A DNA stretch of 44,696 bases from an uncultured archaeon (GTDB taxonomy: Archaea; Asgardarchaeota; Lokiarchaeia; Sigyniarchaeales; SOKP01): the NCBI GenBank assembly GCA_964481225.1, contig CAYZTE010000003.1, positions 2,625 through 47,320 on the forward strand. The letters are read 5' to 3'. Numbering within the stretch: the stretch's first letter is position 1; every line of letters starts with the position of its first letter. Shown piece by piece: positions 1-8,895 of this stretch. Under the pieces are notes generated by a model. That model did not search any database. It was not told the DNA's origin and was given only the letters and a program-made list of their open reading frames with translations. The translations under genes and the position numbers were made by a program.

Positions 1-1
1 A

Positions 2-187
2 ATTAAAGCTGACACTTTAGTAATGTGTGCAGATAAAGATAGACAGATGCCAAAGATAGTAAATCTTAAAGTTCATGAAAGAATTTCAAATAGCAAATTT
101 GTAGTGATAGAAGGTGCAAGCCATGAATCTCCTCTAGAAAAAGCTCCAGAAATAAACAAAATTATAATTGATTTTTTAAAAAACTAA
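2..187 (+). CDS. alpha/beta-fold hydrolase, C-terminal fragment (gene starts upstream of window)
   Basis: The frame is open from the window edge to TAA at 185-187. The translation IKADTLVMCADKDRQMP...SKFVVIEGASHESPLEKAPEINKIIIDFLKN looks like the C-terminal block of alpha/beta hydrolases, including the G-x-S-H catalytic-His region. Confidence 0.6.
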   Translation: MKADTLVMCADKDRQMPKIVNLKVHERISNSKFVVIEGASHESPLEKAPEINKIIIDFLKN

Positions 188-216
188 AAACCTAATCAAT
201 ATAATAGAGAAATTAA

Positions 217-1452
217 TTATTCAATTACTTCAATATCCTTCTGAACAGGCATTGGGTATGTTTTCAGTTCAATCTTTTTAAAACTCATTGAGAAAGGAAC
301 TACAGCAATAGATCCAATAACGAAGCTTAAGAAGAAAGGTGCAAAAAAGTTAAGAGTAAAAGTTCCAGCTAAAGGTCCAATAATTTGTGCGAAACTATCT
401 AATCCAGAAGAAAAACCATTAATTTTACCTTGTTCTCTTGGTGATACTGATTGGCTAATTTTACTGCTTAAAAGCCCTCGTGTTAATGAAGCGGCAAAAC
501 TTATAAACAATATCATGACAAAAAACATAACAACATTTATCGAAAATCCTACTACAAAAAATGCAACTAAAAATATGCCTAAACCAACTTTAATTGCATT
601 ATTTTCTCCTAATTTTCTTATGGTTGGTTTAAATAGAGTAAATCTTATGACTGCTCTAAAAATTCCTGAGATCATTAATAAAATCCCAATTTCAAATGGC
701 CCAAGTCCAAAAACAATTTTTGCAAAGAAAGACATAGATGCCATAGCAATCATGAATGATGCTGTATGAAAACCCCATAAGGTTAGATAAAACATTGCAG
801 TTTTATTTTTCCTAATTTTGATAATAATCCTTTCTTTTATATCAATTGATTGATGTCGTTTTGATTTAGGCCAGGTTTCTTTCAAAATAAATATTGTAAT
901 AATCATTGTAAATATAGATAATCCTGCCGCAAATAATCCTGGGAATAACAAGCCACCAATACTAAAAAGTGTTCCTCCAATTCCTGGTCCAATAAGAGAA
1001 GCCAATACATGGGCGACACCAATATTCGTCATTTGGATTCCCCTGTCCTTAGGGGGAACTTCATCTCCAATGATTGCTTTTGCTATTGGAAAATTTCCCC
1101 CAAAAACGCCATCAATTATTCGAGATAAAACAATCATCCATATTGAGTTTGAAAATGCTAACATAAGGAATCCAGTAAATGTACCAGCCTGTGAAATTAA
1201 AAGTAATGGTTTTCTTCCAAATTTATCGCTTAATTTCCCTAGTATTGGTCCAAAAATAAATGAGAAAACAGCATTGACGGAAAGAATTATACCCATAAGG
1301 AAAATATTCATATCAAATGATTCAGCAATAAAAGGAGCCATGGGCAGTATCATAGAAAATCCAATTATATCAATAAAAACAGCTATCCATAACGGAGCCA
1401 CTCTTGGATATTTAAAGACTTTACGGTTATTTGGTAGAGTATTATTTGACAT
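217..1452 (-). CDS. MFS (major facilitator superfamily) transporter
   Basis: 411-aa ORF with about 12 hydrophobic segments. MFS motif A is present in the TM2-TM3 loop (GKLSDKFGRKPLLL = G-x-L-x-D-K-x-G-R-K). The + strand ORFs 515..769 and 1070..1462 are antisense shadows. Confidence 0.85.
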   Translation of the reverse strand: MSNNTLPNNRKVFKYPRVAPLWIAVFIDIIGFSMILPMAPFIAESFDMNIFLMGIILSVNAVFSFIFGPILGKLSDKFGRKPLLLISQAGTFTGFLMLAFSNSIWMIVLSRIIDGVFGGNFPIAKAIIGDEVPPKDRGIQMTNIGVAHVLASLIGPGIGGTLFSIGGLLFPGLFAAGLSIFTMIITIFILKETWPKSKRHQSIDIKERIIIKIRKNKTAMFYLTLWGFHTASFMIAMASMSFFAKIVFGLGPFEIGILLMISGIFRAVIRFTLFKPTIRKLGENNAIKVGLGIFLVAFFVVGFSINVVMFFVMILFISFAASLTRGLLSSKISQSVSPREQGKINGFSSGLDSFAQIIGPLAGTFTLNFFAPFFLSFVIGSIAVVPFSMSFKKIELKTYPMPVQKDIEVIE

Positions 1453-1607
1453 AAATGTTTAAATTCGTTATTTTCAAGATAATCTTTTGTTAAAAATTCA
1501 AATTACTCATCTACTTTAAGATTTTAGATTATTTTTTATAAAAATAGTAACTATTATTAGAGAGCGCACCATATATTTTTTTAAATATCTTAATCAATTA
1601 TATTATT

Positions 1608-2417
1608 ATGGTAAACAATTTAGCCCCAAATCAAAATAATTCATTATTACAAGAAAAAGGAGAAAAAACAGTAGAACTTCCTGCTTTAGATTTTTTTAAA
1701 ATAAATTTCCTCAGCTTTTTAATACCTCTATATGTATGTCTAGGTCTTTTTTTATTATTTGAATATGGTTTCATAAACTTATTTAAAATACCACTCATAA
1801 CGCATTTGTTAATCTTACCAGCATTTTTTTTAGGCCTATACTATATATATTTGATAATATTGATTGAATTTGCAGCATTATGGGTTCGACTTTGGCATAA
1901 AAAATCACCTCTACAACAAGGTGTTTTTGCTAGGGTTCTTGATGATACCAACAGCCCTGAAGGAAAAATGATGAAATATTATCATAAACGAGGCTTCATT
2001 ATCAAATATCCAATGTGGTTAACATCGAAATCTCCATTTCCTTGGCTCATTAACAGAACACTTCGAAGAATAGGTCATAATAAAATTGGAAAAAATGTAA
2101 TTTATTGCGATGGTTATGTTGGATTAGAATTTACTGACTTAGGTGATAACGTGTTTATCTATCCTACGAGCGGTTTATCTAGTCACGCAGTTAATACCAT
2201 TTTCGGTAAAATTACCATGATGGAAATTAAATTAGGAAGAAACACCACCTTATATCCCGGTAATATAGTTGGTCCAAACGCTGTAACTACAGAAAATAAC
2301 GTCATTTTTCCAAATACGGTATTACATAAAAATTGGAGAGGAAAACCGGGCGAATTCTATTATCAAGGAAGCCCTGGGCGTCCTATTGAAATTAAACATC
2401 TTGATATGAAAGTTTAA
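1608..2417 (+). CDS. membrane protein with C-terminal left-handed beta-helix (hexapeptide-repeat)-like domain
   Basis: 269-aa ORF. The N-terminal half has 3 hydrophobic helices. The C-terminal half has imperfect hexapeptide-like periodicity (NVIYCDGYVGLEFTDLGDNVFIYPTSGL...GRNTTLYPGNIVGPNAVTTENNVIFPNTVL). Function unknown. Confidence 0.45.
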   Translation: MVNNLAPNQNNSLLQEKGEKTVELPALDFFKINFLSFLIPLYVCLGLFLLFEYGFINLFKIPLITHLLILPAFFLGLYYIYLIILIEFAALWVRLWHKKSPLQQGVFARVLDDTNSPEGKMMKYYHKRGFIIKYPMWLTSKSPFPWLINRTLRRIGHNKIGKNVIYCDGYVGLEFTDLGDNVFIYPTSGLSSHAVNTIFGKITMMEIKLGRNTTLYPGNIVGPNAVTTENNVIFPNTVLHKNWRGKPGEFYYQGSPGRPIEIKHLDMKV

Positions 2418-2480
2418 GTTGCGCGTTTTTTCGATTTACTTAATTTACTTAACGAGTAATAAAATCATTTTAATCTAAAA

Positions 2481-3965
2481 TTAACTCTTAGGAAATTTTT
2501 TATGTTTTTGTAAGAACTCCCTATAAGTATTTAATTTATCCAATATAGAACCTGTTAATTCTAAGCTTTCAAATACTGGAACATTACGATTTAGTAGTTT
2601 CAATTTAAACTTGTATCGACTTTTATATTCTTCAAATCCCTCATTTATTTTGAGCATGACACAATACATTGGCTTAGTACAGACTCGTTTTGCCTTAGAT
2701 ATATATCTTATGAACTCTCGGTTAAGATCCATTTCTTTAAATCCCATTTCTTCCAATAAATCTTGAAATCCACCAAATCTCTCGGGATCTTTGATGAAAA
2801 TGATTGAAGAAATGTTTGGATCTTTATCTAAAGCTAATATTGTTCGATAATATATGTGGGGTTGTAAGCCCATGCCTCCTAAATCGATTGGATTAGTAAC
2901 ATTTGTATTAACGTCTGGAATGAACCTTCTCATCTTAGTGATAGTTTTTTCTGTTAGATTTGGGATCTTTAGATTAAATTTTTCCAGAATATCTCCTGCT
3001 TCTATAATTGAGCCCCCTCCAATTCCAATCAACCCTACATTTCGAGAATCAGGTAAATGAGTTAATTTAAATGCGGATGCTAGTGCCGCAAGCTCGTTTG
3101 AACTATAAACCAAACTACAACCTGTTTGTTTTGCTACAGCTTCCCACATCTCATTACTCCCTGCCAACCCTCCTGTATGAGATAAAATTGCTTTTTTCAT
3201 TGCCTCACCATAGCCTGATCTAAAAAGGATTATTGGTTTCCGATTTAGATTGCATTCTTTTGCCATTTCCATAAAGTCTCGTCCATATTTTGGAGATCTA
3301 AAATTTTCTAAATATAATCCAATGATATTAGTGTAATCATCATTCAAAAAATGCCTTAAAAAATCTGAAGGTGATAAATCTAATGCATTTCCTATTGAAA
3401 TGAATTTTGAAATGTATACACCATATGAAACAGCTAGCTGAGCAATGTTCTGTGCGAGTCCACCAGATTGAAACACGCCACCAAAATTACCAGCTTTTTT
3501 TGATTGCTCGTAAGCGAAATAAAGTCCAGCTTTTGGATTATAGACACCAATACAATTTGGTCCAACAATTCTAATATTATATTTTTTCGCAACATTCAAT
3601 GTTTCATGTTCAAGATTCTTATTTCCAACTTCACGAAATCCGGAAGAAAAAATTGTCACAAAGGGTGTGCCTTTTTGACCTATTTCTTCTAATAATTTTG
3701 GGCATAACCGTGCTGGAACTGCTAGTATAACATAATCTATAGTATGAGGAATTTCTAATATAGAGTTATATATTTTATATCCATATAATTCCTTTCCACT
3801 TAATCGAGGGTTAAATAAATATATTGGACCTCGAAACCTATTTTTCAAGCAGCGAACAAAAAATCCCCCTCCAGCAGGATTATGACTTGCTCCAATAATT
3901 CCTATAGCTCTTGGAAAAAATAGCTTCTCAAAATCGATATTAAATGATTCTCTTGAGATTGACAT
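2481..3965 (-). CDS. ADP-forming acyl/acetyl-CoA synthetase alpha-subunit-like CoA-binding protein
   Basis: 494 aa with an N-terminal CoA-binding Rossmann motif (PRAIGIIGASHNPAGGG) and a succinyl-CoA-synthetase-like fold. The phospho-histidine loop ILSHTGGLAGS is typical of NDP-forming acyl-CoA synthetase alpha subunits. No ATP-grasp beta subunit lies adjacent. Confidence 0.75.
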   Translation of the reverse strand: MSISRESFNIDFEKLFFPRAIGIIGASHNPAGGGFFVRCLKNRFRGPIYLFNPRLSGKELYGYKIYNSILEIPHTIDYVILAVPARLCPKLLEEIGQKGTPFVTIFSSGFREVGNKNLEHETLNVAKKYNIRIVGPNCIGVYNPKAGLYFAYEQSKKAGNFGGVFQSGGLAQNIAQLAVSYGVYISKFISIGNALDLSPSDFLRHFLNDDYTNIIGLYLENFRSPKYGRDFMEMAKECNLNRKPIILFRSGYGEAMKKAILSHTGGLAGSNEMWEAVAKQTGCSLVYSSNELAALASAFKLTHLPDSRNVGLIGIGGGSIIEAGDILEKFNLKIPNLTEKTITKMRRFIPDVNTNVTNPIDLGGMGLQPHIYYRTILALDKDPNISSIIFIKDPERFGGFQDLLEEMGFKEMDLNREFIRYISKAKRVCTKPMYCVMLKINEGFEEYKSRYKFKLKLLNRNVPVFESLELTGSILDKLNTYREFLQKHKKFPKS

Positions 3966-4107
3966 CTTATAAAGTATGACAAAGAGTAGTATTTTAAATT
4001 GAATAGTTAAGAATACCTAAAATAGTTTAATACTATTGTTTAAATAATAATCAAAAATTGAATTTATTAGAAAGCCAGTTAGAATGAAAAAGAAATGATT
4101 AAAAAGT

Positions 4108-4830
4108 TCAATCTCTTAAATTTAAAACTTTTTTTACTTTTAAAATATCATCAGATATTATTCCATCAACACCTAAATCAACAGCTTTTCTAATATCTTG
4201 ATCTTCATTTACAGTCCAAACAATTACTTTAAGGTTATTCTCATGAGTAAAACTAACATAATTTTCATTTATAAACTTATAGTAAGGATGAATTGAATAA
4301 AAATCACTTTTTAATGCTTTTTCCGTTAATCTTTTTAGCATTCGAGATGATCGCATTTCAGAAGGAATTAACAAACCTAATTTTAATGTGGATTCTAACC
4401 TTTGCAGTTCTAACAATTCGGTAAACATGAATGAACTAATTATAGTAGAGTCAATTAGGTTGGCATTTCGAAAGATATCTACAATTTTTTCAGCAATACC
4501 TTTTGATTTGATTTCACAATTCAATCCAATTTTTCCTTTTACTATTTTTATTAATTCATTTAAAGTAGGAATTCTCTCACCTTCCCCGCAATCTAGCTGC
4601 TTAAGTTGTTTTAGAGTCATTTTCTCAATAATGCCATTATGCCCAGTTGTTCTAAAATCATTAGCATCATGCATTATAACGATTTCTCCATCTTTAGGTT
4701 GATGAACATCAAACTCAATGTAATCTGCCTTTAATTCTATTGCTTTTTCAAAAGCTTTTAATGTATTTTCAGGTGCAATGTTGCTAGCTCCTCTATGAGC
4801 AAATATTAATACATTCTCTTTAGTATTCAT
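4108..4830 (-). CDS. glycerophosphodiester phosphodiesterase (GDPD family)
   Basis: 240 aa with the canonical GDPD N-terminal motifs IFAHRGAS..APENT...YIEFDVHQPKDGEIVIMHD (H-R...E-N-T...E-x-D...H-D). There is no signal peptide, so it is probably cytoplasmic (UgpQ-like). Confidence 0.85.
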   Translation of the reverse strand: MNTKENVLIFAHRGASNIAPENTLKAFEKAIELKADYIEFDVHQPKDGEIVIMHDANDFRTTGHNGIIEKMTLKQLKQLDCGEGERIPTLNELIKIVKGKIGLNCEIKSKGIAEKIVDIFRNANLIDSTIISSFMFTELLELQRLESTLKLGLLIPSEMRSSRMLKRLTEKALKSDFYSIHPYYKFINENYVSFTHENNLKVIVWTVNEDQDIRKAVDLGVDGIISDDILKVKKVLNLRD

Positions 4831-5255
4831 TTAATAGCAGATATTTCTTTATCCCCTAAATATATTGTATAGTTAATATAAGAATTAATTTGTTATTTTT
4901 TTGATCTCATCGAAGAAGATCTGGCGTTCTATCCAGATTTAGTAAGGTTTTATTGAAATTAATTTTGTTCAAATACTTATATATTCGATTAATTATCTAT
5001 TTAATCAGAAATTTTATGGATTTTTTTAATAAATTCTTTTATGTGATCATCTAATTTGTCATAACTTTGTTAAGGGTAAAACTAAAGGTTTATATATCCG
5101 TATTACCATAACAATTCTTCAAATAATGCGTTAAATTTATAAATGGTATTTATTTTTAATATTTCTGAATAGATACAATAGATTAAAAAATAACCTACTA
5201 AACCGATAAGTTTAAAAATAGAAAAAAGCCAAATAAAGGTGTAATCTGGGAAATT

Positions 5256-5504
5256 ATGAGATTTTGCGACAATTGCGGTAACATGTTGGTCCCAAAAAAC
5301 GGTAAACTTTATTGCAAGGCTTGCGATGAGGAGTTTGATTTAGGAAAAAACCAAGAGGATTATAAAATACAAAAGAAAATAAAACACGATGAAAAAGAAG
5401 CTGCCCCGATTGTAATAAAAGAAGGGATTAGAAGTGATAGAATATCCGGGGAAGATCGCAAAGCCTATGAAGAATATTTTGGCAGCTCAGAAGCAGATTT
5501 TTAA
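5256..5504 (+). CDS. small Zn-ribbon protein resembling the N-terminal ribbon of RNAP subunit M / TFS
   Basis: 82 aa. MRFCDNCGNMLVPKNGKLYCKACDEEF is a CxxC-x14-CxxC ribbon like the RPB9/TFS N-terminal domain. The rest is charged and lacks a second (TFIIS-type) ribbon. Confidence 0.4.
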   Translation: MRFCDNCGNMLVPKNGKLYCKACDEEFDLGKNQEDYKIQKKIKHDEKEAAPIVIKEGIRSDRISGEDRKAYEEYFGSSEADF

Positions 5505-5710
5505 ATATTTCTTGAGGGATCTAATTAGACTACTTCTTCTTTTTTAGTTTGACCGATTTCTAACATCATTATTGAATGATTAAGATAATTTCTTAGATTA
5601 AATAAAATATTAAAAAATAGTTTAAATCTTTAAATTCATTTAGGAGTAAATAATGAATAACTGAAAAAATTTGAATAAATAATTATTCTTTTTAGAAACG
5701 ATTGATCCCC

Positions 5711-6106
5711 ATGTCTGAGGAAAAAAAGAAAAAATTGCGGCGTTTTGCTAGAGTTGTAGCGAAGCAAGTTGAACCTTTAAATGAAAATGAAAAATTTAAA
5801 GAAAGATTCAAGGATGTTGAGGTAAAAATTCTCTTGAATGCTAAGGATGGCAAATATGCTGCTCTGCTTGTCATAGATAAAGGAACGATACATGTTGAAG
5901 GTATAAAAAATCAACCAAAAAAGAACATAAAGAAAAAGGTTGTCGGTTGGGATGGTTTATTGCAGACTAACACCGCTATGTTCTTAGAACTTTTAGGAAG
6001 AGATAGCGTTTCAATGGGTAAGATGGTGCGTAAAATCCTGATTGGAAAAGTAAAGATAAGAGGTATAAAGAAAGTCTTGATTTTACTTCAATTGTTTGAT
6101 TTATAA
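5711..6106 (+). CDS. SCP2 (sterol-carrier-protein-2)-like domain protein
   Basis: The ORF track starts at TTG 5702; ATG at 5711 (MSEEKKKK) is the more likely start. The pattern KILLNAKDGKYAALLVIDKGTIHVE...TNTAMFLELLGRDSVSMGKMVRKILIGKVKIRGIKKVLILLQLF resembles the SCP2 fold consensus (...GKlk+.G...). Confidence 0.45.
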   Translation: MSEEKKKKLRRFARVVAKQVEPLNENEKFKERFKDVEVKILLNAKDGKYAALLVIDKGTIHVEGIKNQPKKNIKKKVVGWDGLLQTNTAMFLELLGRDSVSMGKMVRKILIGKVKIRGIKKVLILLQLFDL

Positions 6107-6201
6107 TAGTTAATCAAAAACCAATACTAAGAATTATACAGAAACTTAAAACATCAAATTTTTAATTATTTTATTTATTTTAAAGGATGAGCTTATTTTT
6201 T

Positions 6202-6624
6202 TTACTTAAAAATATTGGCTAAAGAAGCCATTTTCTCTTTTAATATTTCTTGATTTTTTTCATCTTTTAATGATTGTAATATTACATTTTTATCTTTTTC
6301 CGATATTTCTTGGAAAATTCCTAAAAATTCTCTTAAGTATATTACTTTTTTAGTAGGATTTTTTTGTATTTTAGAAATGAAGCCATCAATTTTATGTTGA
6401 ATCTCGTTAGGAACTGCCTTTACTTCATCCGGAGAAACTTTTTCCATTGATCCTGTTATCTCTTGCAACAATGCGTTATTTTCAATGATATTTCGAGAAA
6501 TTTCTTTAAGCATCTCGTTTCTCGATAAAATTAGTAAGCTTGTAAGGTATTTCTCTATATCTAAGTTTTTTTTCTCTATTTCTTTGATCATGTTGAGAAT
6601 CTTGTCTTTTTTACCTCTTTCCAT
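6202..6624 (-). CDS. hypothetical coiled-coil protein
   Basis: 140-aa ORF that is K/E-rich with heptad-like character. I recognise no motif. It fits the intergenic spacing. Confidence 0.45.
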   Translation of the reverse strand: MERGKKDKILNMIKEIEKKNLDIEKYLTSLLILSRNEMLKEISRNIIENNALLQEITGSMEKVSPDEVKAVPNEIQHKIDGFISKIQKNPTKKVIYLREFLGIFQEISEKDKNVILQSLKDEKNQEILKEKMASLANIFK

Positions 6625-6696
6625 ATGATAATAAAGTTTTGTCTAAATTTTTAAATTTAACTGAAAATAATTGTTAATTAATAAGTGCTCGTGAAA

Positions 6697-7416
6697 ATGA
6701 AAGATAAGTTAAAAAAATTCCAAGAATTCATTGACTATAAATTTAAGAATGAAGATCTATTAGAGCAAGCGTTAACCACGCCCCAATTAGCAAATATAAT
6801 AGGAAAACCTAATTATGAGTTTTTAGAAACATTAGGAGATGCTGTAATTAAACTAATACTCATTTTGAAATTATATAGAAAAGGAATAAAAGATCCTGGA
6901 AGAATAACAAAAATTAAAGCATTATTAGAGAGCGATCAAGCATTAAATAAAGTTGCCAATGAAATTAACCTTGAAAATTTTATATTTAAAACAGAAAAAC
7001 AGCCGATTAAAGGTACAAGGGTTTTAGCAGATGTGCTTGAAGCTATTTGTGGAGCATTATTTCTTGATTCAAAACATGACCTTGACTTAGTTGAAGAAAA
7101 AATGATCAATCCTTTCTTTAAGAATTTAAATTTCATCATTAAGAATTCAATAAAACAAGGCAAGAGCACATTATTAGAGTATTTACAAAAAAGGTTCAAA
7201 ACTAATGTTTCTATTAGCCTTGAATATGAAAAAAGTGGCCTCGAACATGAACCAAATTGGATTGCAAAAAGTCCAAAAATTTTTGACAAAAATACTCAAG
7301 TTGAATTGATGAAATTGCCAATAACTCTAAAGTCTGGCAAATTTAGGAATATAAAAAACGCGGAAAAAGATCTCTACTTTAAAATTTTTGACTTCATAAA
7401 AACAAACGAAAAGTAA
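6697..7416 (+). CDS. rnc: ribonuclease III (bacterial class 1 type, catalytic domain plus dsRBD-like C-terminus)
   Basis: RNase III signature NYEFLETLGDAVIKLIL (= E-x-L-E-x-L-G-D) and a second catalytic block VLADVLEAICGALFLD (= A-D-x-x-E-A-x-x-G-A). The C-terminal ~70 aa is dsRBD-like. The ORF track begins at GTG 6685; ATG 6697 (MKDKLKKF) is the preferred start. Confidence 0.8.
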   Translation: MKDKLKKFQEFIDYKFKNEDLLEQALTTPQLANIIGKPNYEFLETLGDAVIKLILILKLYRKGIKDPGRITKIKALLESDQALNKVANEINLENFIFKTEKQPIKGTRVLADVLEAICGALFLDSKHDLDLVEEKMINPFFKNLNFIIKNSIKQGKSTLLEYLQKRFKTNVSISLEYEKSGLEHEPNWIAKSPKIFDKNTQVELMKLPITLKSGKFRNIKNAEKDLYFKIFDFIKTNEK

Positions 7417-7660
7417 ATCAAAATGGTTTTAAACGTCTCCATCTTTTTTATTTTTACCCTTTTATTGAAAAAGTTAAGAATCTCAAAGGTTCGAATAAAT
7501 TAGAACCTTAACTTTTAAAACATTTACAGCATTCTCATATCCGTACAAGTATGATTATCTGAAAAAGTTTATTTTAGCATCCCGATATTATATAGTTAAA
7601 ATATCAGTCAACCATTTATAAGAAAAATTTTAAAAAAAGAAGAAAACTTAAAAAAGAGCG

Positions 7661-7665
7661 AGGAG
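7661..7665 (+). promoter_or_regulatory. Shine-Dalgarno-like AGGAG upstream of the ABC ATPase start
   Basis: AGGAG sits 3 nt before ATG 7669. Confidence 0.4.
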
Positions 7666-7668
7666 CAC

Positions 7669-8847
7669 ATGCCAAAAGAACCAGTATTTAAAAAAACTCC
7701 ATTAATGGAGCAATATGAAGAAGAAACAGGTAAACTTGCAATTTGGAAGGGAGAACTTTCCAAAAATTATAAAAAGTGGAAAACAAAGAAAGAAAAAGAA
7801 GAGATCAAGAAAAAAAAGGTTGAAATTCTTTCTCAATCTCGAATAGAAAAGAAAAAGATGAAAAGAGAAATCAGAGAAGATAAAGTCGCGGGAAAGGATT
7901 ATGAACATTTAATAGTTGTTGAAAACCTGCATAAAACATATCTTCTTGGAACGACAGCGGTTGCTGCTCTAAGAGGAGTGGACCTAACAATAGATACGGG
8001 AGATTTTATCGACATAATGGGTCCCTCTGGTTCTGGGAAAACGACACTTCTGAATTTGATTGGAGGGCTTGACACGCCGACGCGAGGGAAAATCTTCTTG
8101 GAAGGGCGCAACATAAGTATGTTAAGCGATAACGATTTAGCAAAAATAAGACGAGAGAGCATAGGGTTTGTGTTTCAATTCTATAACCTACTCCCTCAAA
8201 TGACAGCAATGGAAAACGTTATGGTACCATTACATTTTTCAGGGAAATTGAGCCGTCGAGGAAAAAGAAAAAGAGCCATGGATCTCTTAAGATTAGTGGG
8301 ATTAGATGAAAGAGCACATCACACGCCTTCAGAATTAAGTGGTGGAGAACAGCAAAGAGTTGCTATTGCAAGAGCTTTTGCAAATGATCCTGGTGTAGTT
8401 ATTCTTGATGAAGTAACTGGTGACCTTGATAGTAAAACTGGATTAATGATTTTAAATCTTCTCCGAGATTTAAACAAACGAGGCGCAACTTTTGTGGCAG
8501 TAAGTCATGATGCTGCAGTTACAGAATTTGCGAATAGAGTTTTTCACATGAGAGATGGGAAGTTAACCCATGAAGGCAAGATTGCTGGTTTAAAAGAAAC
8601 TGAAACAATGGAATTGAAAAGACGGCAAGAGGCTGAAATTAATAAAGAAAAATGTAAGAGTAAAATTTTCCAATATCTTTTTGCAAATCAAAATAAAACT
8701 GAAATGAGTGTTATCGATATTAAAAACAGCATCCCAAATTCAATAATAATGAATATACCTCAACACTTTATAGATATTTTGCAAGAACTAATAGAAGAAA
8801 ATAATCTCTTCGCTAAAGTTGAAGGAAATCTTTTAATTTTACAATGA
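7669..8847 (+). CDS. ABC transporter ATP-binding protein, MacB/LolD/FtsE-like, with N- and C-terminal extensions
   Basis: Walker A GPSGSGKTTLLN, Q-loop, ABC signature LSGGEQQRVAIARA, Walker B VILDEVTGDLD and H-loop VSHD are all present. The GGLDTPTRG motif is typical of the MacB/LolD clade. The protein also has a ~85-aa K/E-rich N-terminal extension and a ~80-aa C-terminal extension. Confidence 0.9.
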   Translation: MPKEPVFKKTPLMEQYEEETGKLAIWKGELSKNYKKWKTKKEKEEIKKKKVEILSQSRIEKKKMKREIREDKVAGKDYEHLIVVENLHKTYLLGTTAVAALRGVDLTIDTGDFIDIMGPSGSGKTTLLNLIGGLDTPTRGKIFLEGRNISMLSDNDLAKIRRESIGFVFQFYNLLPQMTAMENVMVPLHFSGKLSRRGKRKRAMDLLRLVGLDERAHHTPSELSGGEQQRVAIARAFANDPGVVILDEVTGDLDSKTGLMILNLLRDLNKRGATFVAVSHDAAVTEFANRVFHMRDGKLTHEGKIAGLKETETMELKRRQEAEINKEKCKSKIFQYLFANQNKTEMSVIDIKNSIPNSIIMNIPQHFIDILQELIEENNLFAKVEGNLLILQ

Positions 8848-8895
8848 AAAATCTAAAATAACTGTTATATCAAAATTTAAGGATAACTTTAACAA

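Noticed and set aside
4917-4940. Inverted repeat agatctgg-N8-ccagattt in the spacer upstream of the GDPD gene
   Set aside because: It is a short 6-8 bp stem in a 425-nt AT-rich spacer with no accompanying T-run or recognisable operator context. It is indistinguishable from chance.
7702-8209. Minus-strand ORFs inside the ABC ATPase gene, and analogous ORFs elsewhere: 515..769, 1070..1462, 2854..3060, 3504..3692, 4388..4702, 5692..5874, 6936..7289, 9132..9317, 9753..10049, 11577..11840, 13946..14302, 14957..15160, 15980..16183, 18374..18643, 22742..22939, 23935..24141, 24370..24594, 27848..28057, 28323..28508, 40478..40762
   Set aside because: All lie inside longer ORFs that carry strong family motifs, either antisense to them or, for same-strand cases such as 15980..16183, 18374..18643 and 40478..40762, in another reading frame. 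Their compositions are typical of alternative-frame shadows in AT-rich DNA.
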